DNA from: Candidatus Hermodarchaeota archaeon
GTDB lineage: Archaea > Asgardarchaeota > Heimdallarchaeia > Hodarchaeales > Hodarchaeaceae
DNA length: 32,000 nt
Direction of reading: 5' to 3'
NCBI GenBank assembly: GCA_048886185.1
Contig: JBHLKY010000002.1
Coordinates: 120,001 to 152,000 of the forward strand
The notes beneath the pieces are model-generated. The model saw only the letters and a list, made by a program, of their open reading frames with translations. It did not search any database and was not told the origin of the DNA. Below, piece by piece: positions 9,501 to 17,028 of this stretch (position 1 is its first letter; the number at the start of each line of letters is the position of its first letter). Made by a program: the position numbers and the translations under genes.

Positions 9501-10238
9501 ATGAGTGATGAAAACCCAGGTATCTCGAAAATCCTCAAAGCTATCAATTCCACCAGCCGACGAGATATTCTCCGAACCCTGAACTTTTTGAAGAGACCGA
9601 TGTCTTTTACTGAAGTAATGAATGAGGTCGTTGAAGAATCCACCTCTTCTAGTCAATTTTCTTATCATCTGAACGTCTTAACCGATGCTGGTCTTATTGC
9701 GAAAGCTAAAGATGGCAAATATCATCTGACAACCCTCGGTAATAGAACAGGATTACTACTCGAGATGTCACAAGAAGATGAAAAATCAGCAGTTTTCTCA
9801 TCGCTCTACCTAGCTTTCAGCAATATGACACCTCGAGATTGTCTATTAGCAATATTAATCGTACCTATGCTTGCTATGATGATTAGTTCCATTTTCAACA
9901 CTTTTAATCCCTTATTGTTTGTTATATCATGTTTTCCTCTTGCTACAATACTATATTACCTGTACAAACGCCTGAATTCCTTGATCGCCATGATTTTTCT
10001 AATAAACTTCTTTTGGGTCATATTTGTCCCAGGAACAGTATATCTGATTCCTCTCTACCTCCTTGTAGTTCTATTTGTGATTTCTTTGATAGATCCTGGC
10101 GCTTTCACCCTCTATGTCGGTGGATCTCAGTTCTTCTCATTTCCACTTAACATCTTGATCAGTATCGTTCTTGGTATGGTATCTATAATAGTAGCATCGG
10201 CTTATTATCTTAGATATACCAAAAAAATGATACTTTAG
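9501..10238 (+). CDS. ArsR-type HTH regulator fused to a multi-pass membrane domain
   Basis: N-terminal STSRRDILRTL...MSFTEVM...SSSQFSYHLNVLTDAGLIAK...GKYHLTTLG, followed by about 5 hydrophobic helices. Confidence 0.8.
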   Translation: MSDENPGISKILKAINSTSRRDILRTLNFLKRPMSFTEVMNEVVEESTSSSQFSYHLNVLTDAGLIAKAKDGKYHLTTLGNRTGLLLEMSQEDEKSAVFSSLYLAFSNMTPRDCLLAILIVPMLAMMISSIFNTFNPLLFVISCFPLATILYYLYKRLNSLIAMIFLINFFWVIFVPGTVYLIPLYLLVVLFVISLIDPGAFTLYVGGSQFFSFPLNILISIVLGMVSIIVASAYYLRYTKKMIL

Positions 10239-10275
10239 CTTTCAGATTAGCTTTGTGCTTGAAAAAAGAGAATTT

Positions 10276-10300
10276 GGGATCTTTCCCTGTTAAAGATCCC
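10276..10300. terminator. Hairpin between convergent genes, possibly a bidirectional terminator
   Basis: Perfect 9-bp inverted repeat GGGATCTTT-(CCCTGTT)-AAAGATCCC. It is followed by TTTT on the + strand and by a T-rich tract on the - strand, and overlaps the permease stop codon. Confidence 0.55.
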
Positions 10301-11045
10301 TTTTATGGAAACTAATAACTGCTCCGATAGTCAAACTTATTATCCACCCTAGAGAGATAATGATCCCCGAAACCTCATCTGAAAGGCTTAGATCACCAAT
10401 CACTATTTCTGAATATTTGTTTACTAGATAGAATGGAGATAATTCACCAAACTGCCATAGAATCCCAGGCAGCGCAAAAAAAACTGCTCCAAGGAAAATG
10501 GAAGCTAATCCTGAATTTAAAACGGATAGACGAGTGCTAAACAAAGATGTTAAGGCAGTGATAAAAAAGAAAAGCAGGAGGAAGGGGATGATGACATTAA
10601 ACAAGTTCAAGTTAGGAAAATCACCTCCGAAAAGGAATCCTGTATACAACCAGGTCACACTTATTGATAATACCATGATAAATCCAATTATTGCCATTCT
10701 AGCGGCGATTTTACCTATAACATATTCATACCTCTTAATAGGATGAACTAAGTGGTAATAAACGGTACCACTTTCTATTTCACCTGCGAATATTGACATT
10801 GTGATCAAAGATACGACAATAAACCCTATTAAAGTCGTATTTTCAAGAGCTTCGATCAATGCTAATTCAGCAGTCGGTTTAGGAAGAATTCCAGGTGGTA
10901 TGCCATTGCTTTCTAAAAACATTGGTAATAACAGTATTGTCACTGCAGAGAGCATACCTTGCCCGATAAAAATGAATAATAGTATAAGATACTTAACTAT
11001 ATCATTTTGAATATCCAATTTGGCAGTTTCAATCATCTTGAACAT
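10290..11045 (-). CDS. ABC-2 type transporter permease
   Basis: FAGEIESGTVYYHLVHPIKRYEYVIGK motif, about 6 TM helices, directly downstream of the ABC ATPase. Confidence 0.9.
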   Translation of the reverse strand: MFKMIETAKLDIQNDIVKYLILLFIFIGQGMLSAVTILLLPMFLESNGIPPGILPKPTAELALIEALENTTLIGFIVVSLITMSIFAGEIESGTVYYHLVHPIKRYEYVIGKIAARMAIIGFIMVLSISVTWLYTGFLFGGDFPNLNLFNVIIPFLLLFFFITALTSLFSTRLSVLNSGLASIFLGAVFFALPGILWQFGELSPFYLVNKYSEIVIGDLSLSDEVSGIIISLGWIISLTIGAVISFHKRDL

Positions 11046-11050
11046 TTTTC

Positions 11051-11998
11051 TTACGCCTCCATTTTTCCGTTGTCACTTTCTACAATCTTTGAAAAAGCAG
11101 CTTCTAATGTTGGTTCTTCGAGACTGAAACGAGAAACAACAATGTTTTTGGTAGTAAAATGTTGTAACAGTGATAAAGAACCCTGTTCCATATTATCGAC
11201 TTCGACCCTCACGCTTCCATTATTGTCCAGTTTCCCCTGAATATTTACTATGTGAGGCACTTTCTCAAGCTCTGTGATATCAAGATTCTTTGCCTGAATG
11301 ATATATACTGGCGAAATAAATTGTCCCCTGATTTCATGTATGGACCCCTGTGTCAATAAGCGGCCCCGGTTTAGAATAGCTACTTTATCACAAATCTTAT
11401 CTATTTCTGATAGAACATGAGAGGAAACGAAAACTGAACCACCTGTATCTATAGACCAGGTTCGTATGAATTTCAACAGCTTACCTCTACTCAACGCATC
11501 CAAACCCGAAGTAGGTTCATCAAGGATTAAGAGGTCAGGTGAGTGAATCAAAGCGTTGGCAATACTTATTCGTTGCTTCTGACCTTTGGACATATGACTA
11601 AATTTTCTATTCTTATAAGAACTCATTCCAGTGACTTGTAATACATTCTTTATTGCCTCATCAATCGCTTTTCCAGATAATCCATGCATTCTTGCTGTAG
11701 CAGATAATATTGATTGGACCTTGAGATTCTTCGGTAATGATGCTCCCTCTGGCACATAACCAATCCTGTGCTTTATCGCCACCAGATTACCATTCAACTC
11801 TTCCCCGAAAATTTTCACTTTCCCTTGGTAATTGTGAATGAAACCTAGAATGATCTTGATGGTCGTAGTTTTGCCAGCTCCATTAGGCCCTAAAAAACCG
11901 TAGATCTTTTTGGATGGTACCTGAAGGTCAAGGGAATCCAGTACTTTAAAACCACGAGAATAGGACTTGGATAATTTATTTATTTCAATAACATACAT
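11051..11998 (-). CDS. ABC transporter ATP-binding protein (exporter type)
   Basis: Walker A GPNGAGKTT, signature MSKGQKQR, Walker B LLILDEPTSGLD, H-loop SSH. Confidence 0.95.
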   Translation of the reverse strand: MYVIEINKLSKSYSRGFKVLDSLDLQVPSKKIYGFLGPNGAGKTTTIKIILGFIHNYQGKVKIFGEELNGNLVAIKHRIGYVPEGASLPKNLKVQSILSATARMHGLSGKAIDEAIKNVLQVTGMSSYKNRKFSHMSKGQKQRISIANALIHSPDLLILDEPTSGLDALSRGKLLKFIRTWSIDTGGSVFVSSHVLSEIDKICDKVAILNRGRLLTQGSIHEIRGQFISPVYIIQAKNLDITELEKVPHIVNIQGKLDNNGSVRVEVDNMEQGSLSLLQHFTTKNIVVSRFSLEEPTLEAAFSKIVESDNGKMEA

Positions 11999-12030
11999 TT
12001 GATTTCACCCAAAGATTGCTAGCATTACGT

Positions 12031-12267
12031 TTAAAAGACTCCTTCGTCATCTACGACATTTTCAACAGATTTGATGGGTTCTGATCCAACTAACCAGTAA
12101 ATTGCGACCCCAATCAAACTTAAAAGGGCTATCAACAATCCGAAGAATATTTTCTTATCTCTGAGAGGATTCCTCCATAAATGCCAAAGCGAGAATACCT
12201 GCAGAGAAATTTGAATTACCGCAAAGGGTAACAGCAATATCATAATATCAGACAATTCCATTACCAT
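12031..12267 (-). CDS. Small PLDc_N-like membrane protein
   Basis: Likely start is ATG at 12267 after GGTGA. The sequence LPFAVIQISLQVFSLWHLWRNP...LLIALLSLIGVAIYWLVG fits the PLD nuclease N-terminal pattern often found ahead of ABC exporters. Confidence 0.7.
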   Translation of the reverse strand: MVMELSDIMILLLPFAVIQISLQVFSLWHLWRNPLRDKKIFFGLLIALLSLIGVAIYWLVGSEPIKSVENVVDDEGVF

Positions 12268-12423
12268 TATTTTCACCACATGGCAGTAAAAAGCCTTAAT
12301 TTTATTTTCTTGGCCTTTAACCGCCAATATAATCTGAATTATTCAAAAGAAAAAGCTTTTCATTAAAAATATTTGACTAAAGGTGGTCAAAACAGTTTTA
12401 CCACTACTCAAGAGGTTTTTACT

Positions 12424-12645
12424 TTAAGTAAAGGAATTTTGACAAGCACCTAAACTAACAGTAATGATAGAATCGAGCCTAGAAAATCCTTTTTGGTTAG
12501 CTAAAGGGATTATTGAACTAGCTGAAAGGAGATAAATAAGAGTTTGCAACCATTCGACTTCGTTTGAACTTCCAATTACGCGAACTCTACATTCTTCTTG
12601 GCAGGATTTTCCCTTCCTCCTCTTTGATATAACTTGATAGGCCAA
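12424..12645 (-). CDS. Doubtful small ORF
   Basis: 73-aa ORF with TTG start that overlaps the upstream ORF by 59 nt. No motif. Confidence 0.2.
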   Translation of the reverse strand: MAYQVISKRRKGKSCQEECRVRVIGSSNEVEWLQTLIYLLSASSIIPLANQKGFSRLDSIITVSLGACQNSFT

Positions 12646-12883
12646 TTACCGATAACAGATGGACAAGAAGAAACCCATTATAATAGAGGGAGCTAAACAC
12701 AGGATATACTTCAATTTCCCATTGAGGAAACAAATTATTAAGTACCGTAGGTATTATCCCGATGAATAATCCACCTACTACCGCCCAAATTAATAATGAA
12801 CCCCATAACCATATAAGGATGAACAACGATTTGATAAGGGTTAATTTCCAATTCAGTAATAGCTTATTTGACTTCTTCCTCAT
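12587..12883 (-). CDS. Hypothetical two-helix membrane protein
   Basis: 98 aa with two hydrophobic segments; overlaps the preceding ORF by 20 nt. Confidence 0.55.
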   Translation of the reverse strand: MRKKSNKLLLNWKLTLIKSLFILIWLWGSLLIWAVVGGLFIGIIPTVLNNLFPQWEIEVYPVFSSLYYNGFLLVHLLSVIGLSSYIKEEEGKILPRRM

Positions 12884-13109
12884 GTATCAGTCGTCCAGTT
12901 GTATTAGCAATTATTTTAGCGATTTGATCTTCAAATAATTTCAGACTTTCTGGGAAATGTAGCTTATAAAAACCATCTGACTGGGAATATGATTTGGCGA
13001 TATCAGGATCGATAAAATCATTTATATGATTAATGTAAGACTGGTTTTCAACATTTTTCTTCTGATTCATTAAGACATTCCTTGTTTTCAGTAATACTTT
13101 CTTATTCAT
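12864..13109 (-). CDS. Hypothetical protein
   Basis: 81-aa ORF with ATG start and protein-like composition. Confidence 0.5.
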   Translation of the reverse strand: MNKKVLLKTRNVLMNQKKNVENQSYINHINDFIDPDIAKSYSQSDGFYKLHFPESLKLFEDQIAKIIANTTGRLIHEEEVK

Positions 13110-13226
13110 TCAGTCTTAAAACGTCATAGAACCAATAGATCTGATTTTGTTGTGATAATAGAAGGATTCTATGACTAATTTGAATGTTTCCTCTCAAGAT
13201 TTAGATTTTTTCTTGTTACCATTAAT

Positions 13227-13859
13227 CTAAATGATTTGTACCATTGATTTTAAGCCTTTCAATCTTAAATCTGGTTTTGAAGGGTTTTTAAAAACTCTAG
13301 AAAGTGATTTTCCCTTAATAGAAACAATGATTTCATAAGTTCCAGATAACGATGTAGTTTGTGAAAAAAACCTCGAAAACTTACTCGATATTAATTTAGT
13401 TTCAGGTTGAAGAGAAAAGACTTCAACTAACCCTTGGTTGGGATTTAACAATCGCTCAAATTTATTTTGTACTAGTTTGTGTCGTAATGAAGGAGCTGTT
13501 GTCATTCTCAATCTCTTTATCTGATCTTTCTTATCGTTTTCCTTGAGAAAAGAATATGTGATTACCATAGGTGTTTGTACAATTATATCAAACTTTTTTT
13601 CTTCTGATTGAGTATTGAAGACAAGAATTAATAACTCGAATTTATCTTCAACTCTGATTTCTTCGGGATAAAACAATCTGAACAGTACTAATCCATCTTT
13701 TTCAAATGAAGGAATTTTTTGATTGTTAAATTTTTGATACAATTCCATTGGATCCGTAGTTGATCTAAAATCTTTAAATAATTCAAACACCAAATCTACA
13801 CTCCTCATATTTATTTTGTTAATATTGGTAAAAATACAACTTATAGCTTTATAACTCAT
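13227..13859 (-). CDS. Hypothetical soluble protein, beta-rich C-terminal part, divergent from actin
   Basis: 210-aa ORF; an alternative start is TTG at 13793 after TGAGGAG. Contains strand-like segments FELLILVFN and GTYEIIVSI. Confidence 0.7.
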   Translation of the reverse strand: MSYKAISCIFTNINKINMRSVDLVFELFKDFRSTTDPMELYQKFNNQKIPSFEKDGLVLFRLFYPEEIRVEDKFELLILVFNTQSEEKKFDIIVQTPMVITYSFLKENDKKDQIKRLRMTTAPSLRHKLVQNKFERLLNPNQGLVEVFSLQPETKLISSKFSRFFSQTTSLSGTYEIIVSIKGKSLSRVFKNPSKPDLRLKGLKSMVQII

Positions 13860-13917
13860 CTGTTCAGTTAAGATAAAGCCCCCTAAAAAAGAATTGAAAT
13901 TACAGTTACAATAGTTA

Positions 13918-13937
13918 TTTTAAAAAATTTTATAACT
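13918..13937. promoter_or_regulatory. Candidate back-to-back archaeal TATA boxes
   Basis: TTTTATAA at 13928-13935 on + preceded by an A-run (BRE-like), and TTTTTAAAA on - facing the divergent gene. Confidence 0.4.
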
Positions 13938-13959
13938 ACTCTCCGCCTGCAAATGAATT

Positions 13960-14526
13960 GTTATACGAGTCATGTTAATTATTTCTCTTTCATTTGAATA
14001 TCTCCCTTTCACTTTTTCCTCCCTTCCCCATAGTTTTCATGCTCGCGACTGTAAATAGTGTTCCCGAATGTATCCCATCTCTGTCATTTTTCATCTCATT
14101 CTCCCAATATTTCCTTTGTTCCCCATCCATATGGAGGTCTCCTGTCCCCTTTCCCGTAGTGCTTCTCATTTCGAGTCTTCTCCTAACCATTTTAACTTTC
14201 CCCGCCTCTTCTCCGCGTGTTGTCCTCTAACACAAACCTGTGGTGTCTTCCTCCTCCCATATTCCCCCCGCAGTACCCTTTTGTTTTTCTATCTATTTCT
14301 ATCGGATGTGTTGGGTGTTTCCTCTCTTCCGTAACTCTACGGGTGGGGTTGTAATACCTCTTAAAAACAAAACCAAAGGTTTTTAAATCAACGGAGAAGT
14401 GAGGTACTTGCATACGCAAATTAAAGGCGTCTCCGCTAGTTAAGTGAAACGGTTACTGAGACGTTTTTAAATGATCATTTGTAAAGTGATCTTTTTCTAT
14501 CGACAATCATTTTGAAGTGATATAAG
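13960..14526 (+). ncRNA. Candidate long 5' leader or ncRNA upstream of actin
   Basis: About 73% pyrimidine over 13981-14340 by hand count (96 purines in 360 nt). Stems at 14329-14342, 14355-14406 and 14421-14470 (13 bp including two G-U pairs). No convincing protein is encoded. Confidence 0.4.
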
Positions 14527-15669
14527 ATGTCAGTTGCAGAAGGAATTACTGGTAAACCCCTGGTCATTGATAACGGCACAGGGTTAAGCAAGAACGGTTA
14601 TGCTGGTGAAGACCAACCCCGCTCGGTATTCCCCACTCTAATTGGGTACCCTAAATATCAGTCGATCATGTCTGATGTTGACCACTATGTTCGTGAGTAC
14701 TATGTGGGCGAAGAGGCCATGAATTTACGTGGTGTTCTCAAGCTCATTTACCCTATTCTTCATGGGATCGTTACCGATTGGGATGCTATGGAAAAGATTT
14801 GGCATTACACCTTTCATAACGATCTTCGGGTCAATCCAAGTGAACACCCGATTTTATTGACTGAAGCTCCTTTGAACCCTGGAACTAACAGGGAAAAGAT
14901 GGCTGAAATTCTGTTCGAGACCTTCAATGTCCCCGCTATGTATGTGTCCATGCAAGCAGTCCTTTCTCTGTATGCTTCTGGACGTACCACGGGATTAGTT
15001 ATTGATGCTGGTGATGGTGTTATTCATATTGTCCCTATTTACGAAGGTTTCGCGATCTCCCATGCTATTAGTCGTATTGACATTGCTGGGCGTGACATTA
15101 CTGAATATCTTCGGCGTTTATTACGGACTCGTGGGCGGGCGTTGACCTCCTCCGCCGAGAAAGAGATTGTCCGTGATATCAAAGAACGCCTCTGTTATGT
15201 CGCTCTTGATCCTGAGAAGGAATTGAAGCTGGCAGAGAAAGTCTCTGGTATGGAAAAGCAATACACTCTCCCTGACGGGGAAACTCTCACCATTGGTCCC
15301 GAACGTTTCTTGGCTCCCGAAGCTTTCTTCAATCCAAGTGCTCTTGGAAAAGAAGAAACGCCCTTGGATGAAGCCATCTACAACGCTGTCCAACTCTGTG
15401 ATATTGACCTCCGTAAAGAACTCTATCAGAACATCGTCTTGTCTGGTGGCTCGACCATGTTCCCTGGCTTGAAAGAGCGTCTTCACAAAGAGCTAACTGA
15501 ACTCGTTCCTGATAATGTTGAGATCCGTATCGTTGCTCCTCCTGAGCGCCGCTATTCTGTTTGGATTGGTGGATCGATTCTGTCCTCCCTCAAAACCTTC
15601 CAACGCCTCTGGGTCTCCCGTAAAGAGTATCAAGAACAAGGCCCAACCGTCATCAAGCGAGCTATCTAA
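14527..15669 (+). CDS. actin: Eukaryote-like actin (Lokiactin-type Asgard actin)
   Basis: Collinear with conventional actin: [96 protein letters not shown]-like site upstream. Confidence 0.98.
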   Translation: MSVAEGITGKPLVIDNGTGLSKNGYAGEDQPRSVFPTLIGYPKYQSIMSDVDHYVREYYVGEEAMNLRGVLKLIYPILHGIVTDWDAMEKIWHYTFHNDLRVNPSEHPILLTEAPLNPGTNREKMAEILFETFNVPAMYVSMQAVLSLYASGRTTGLVIDAGDGVIHIVPIYEGFAISHAISRIDIAGRDITEYLRRLLRTRGRALTSSAEKEIVRDIKERLCYVALDPEKELKLAEKVSGMEKQYTLPDGETLTIGPERFLAPEAFFNPSALGKEETPLDEAIYNAVQLCDIDLRKELYQNIVLSGGSTMFPGLKERLHKELTELVPDNVEIRIVAPPERRYSVWIGGSILSSLKTFQRLWVSRKEYQEQGPTVIKRAI

Positions 15670-15670
15670 G

Positions 15671-15705
15671 TTCCCCCCTTCCTTTTTCTCTTCTTTTTTT
15701 TTCTT
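15671..15705 (+). terminator. Strong polypyrimidine/U-tract terminator of actin
   Basis: 35 consecutive pyrimidines starting 2 nt after the stop codon. Confidence 0.75.
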
Positions 15706-15775
15706 GATATATGCTGGTTCAAGGCCCGATTCCGTGAGTGAATACGTTTCTCCTTTTGTTTAAATTACCACTAAC

Positions 15776-16612
15776 TCAGAATTTCCCTGTTTCAACCCTT
15801 TTTCGAACACCAGTTTCTTCTTTTTTCTGATAGTAAATTCTTAAACAACACAAAACTGCAATACTGATAATCAGTTTTCCGAAACTGGCTTCATTATAAT
15901 ACATGTAACTAAATTGAACAATTAGTGAACTATGCATTATCATTGCAGTCAATAAATTTCTATCTGACAATACATAAATTGTGTCAATTGCAAAAGAAAA
16001 CACTATCATACTCAGATAAGAAAATATTGTGATTTCAATCCCATTTGCAATATTTATGGGGATATGCCATAACCACCACAAGTTTCCAAGAATAATACTA
16101 CCGAATATATGATTATAATTACTATGTAGTCTTTCAACAGCAAATCCTCTCCAACCAGGTTCTTCAAGGACTGGACTGCTTAATAATCCTGCAATTAATG
16201 TAATTGGCATTAAAAAAATGATTGTTATCCCTAATTCAGTAAGAACTTCTGGTTTAATGATTATAAAGGATTCATTCCAGCCAATCAATCGATCTATTAG
16301 ATTACCACTGATTGTAAAAAATGGTAATAAGCATGCAGCTATCACTAACCAGACTAGAATCTTAGCGTCTTTTTTAAATTGAATTTTTTGAAAAATAGAA
16401 TCTAAAGTGATCTGTTTATGAGTCAGTTTTTCAAGTATAAACAATGAAGCTAATACGCTAAGAGTACCTAAGAATTGGCCGATAATAATCGGGAGAGGAA
16501 AATTAATAATTTCTAAAGTATGGAGTGCCATTGGAATCCAAAATATCCACGCAATAAATAAAGCAAATGCAAAAAAAAAGAATGTAGGGTATTTTTCGAT
16601 TAATTTTACCAT
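15776..16612 (-). CDS. CPBP (Abi/CAAX protease-like) family intramembrane metalloprotease
   Basis: EEPGWRG, WWLWH and MHS motifs within TM helices. Confidence 0.92.
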   Translation of the reverse strand: MVKLIEKYPTFFFFAFALFIAWIFWIPMALHTLEIINFPLPIIIGQFLGTLSVLASLFILEKLTHKQITLDSIFQKIQFKKDAKILVWLVIAACLLPFFTISGNLIDRLIGWNESFIIIKPEVLTELGITIIFLMPITLIAGLLSSPVLEEPGWRGFAVERLHSNYNHIFGSIILGNLWWLWHIPINIANGIEITIFSYLSMIVFSFAIDTIYVLSDRNLLTAMIMHSSLIVQFSYMYYNEASFGKLIISIAVLCCLRIYYQKKEETGVRKRVETGKF

Positions 16613-17028
16613 TTCTATTCAACATATCGATTCTTAGATCATTCAAAAATTTTTTTCTAATGGTAAAAAGCTTTATTTGAATAAATTGAGGTCTGCCAAT
16701 CTCTAATCCCAATAGTGCTTGAAGCTAATAATATGATAAAAATAAAATGCTTAAATCAATTTACTCTTGGAATAATTTATTTGATAACATAAGAAGTTTG
16801 TAGATTTGAAAAAGGATTTCCAGAACACAAAAAATGAATCATTAAATTAATAAAGCAAGAATAACATAATATTTGTCTTATAATCCTGGTTTCCCTTTTT
16901 ATTTTACACACAAACTGTTCTGCTCCAGTCTTCCTTCCATCGACTTTATTATATGGTTCCCAATCTTTTTTATTGCCATATTAAATGTGATAGTTAGTGA
17001 AAAACTGTTAAAAACTCTTTACTGACTA

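Noticed and set aside
10290-12267. PLDc_N plus ABC ATPase plus permease as a novel system
   Set aside because: This is a common, already recognised gene arrangement in prokaryotes.
13980-14400. RNase P RNA or SRP RNA on the minus strand (a GAGGAAG motif occurs near 14247-14253)
   Set aside because: I could not find the rest of the RNase P P4 consensus or the SRP helix-8 motif, and the strong purine skew is incompatible with those highly paired RNAs.
13980-14420. Four short ORFs on both strands (13990-14190, 13994-14230, 14068-14334, 14192-14419) as real proteins
   Set aside because: They overlap each other, lack convincing RBS sites and motifs, and their odd compositions (F/P/S/L on +, G/R/K/E on -) follow directly from the pyrimidine skew. 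They are not fully excluded without Ribo-seq.
15121-15763. ORFs 15121-15486, 15195-15377 and 15515-15763 overlapping actin
   Set aside because: These are antisense or off-frame shadows favoured by the actin codon bias and the pyrimidine terminator.
15669-16612. Functional link between actin and the adjacent CPBP/CAAX-like protease
   Set aside because: The genes are convergent, and the actin C-terminus (KRAI) has no cysteine, so it has no CaaX motif.
16777-16980. Open 68-codon minus-strand frame YGNKKDWEPYNKVDGRKTGAEQF...
   Set aside because: It is bounded upstream by a stop, lacks an RBS-linked start near its beginning and has no motif.
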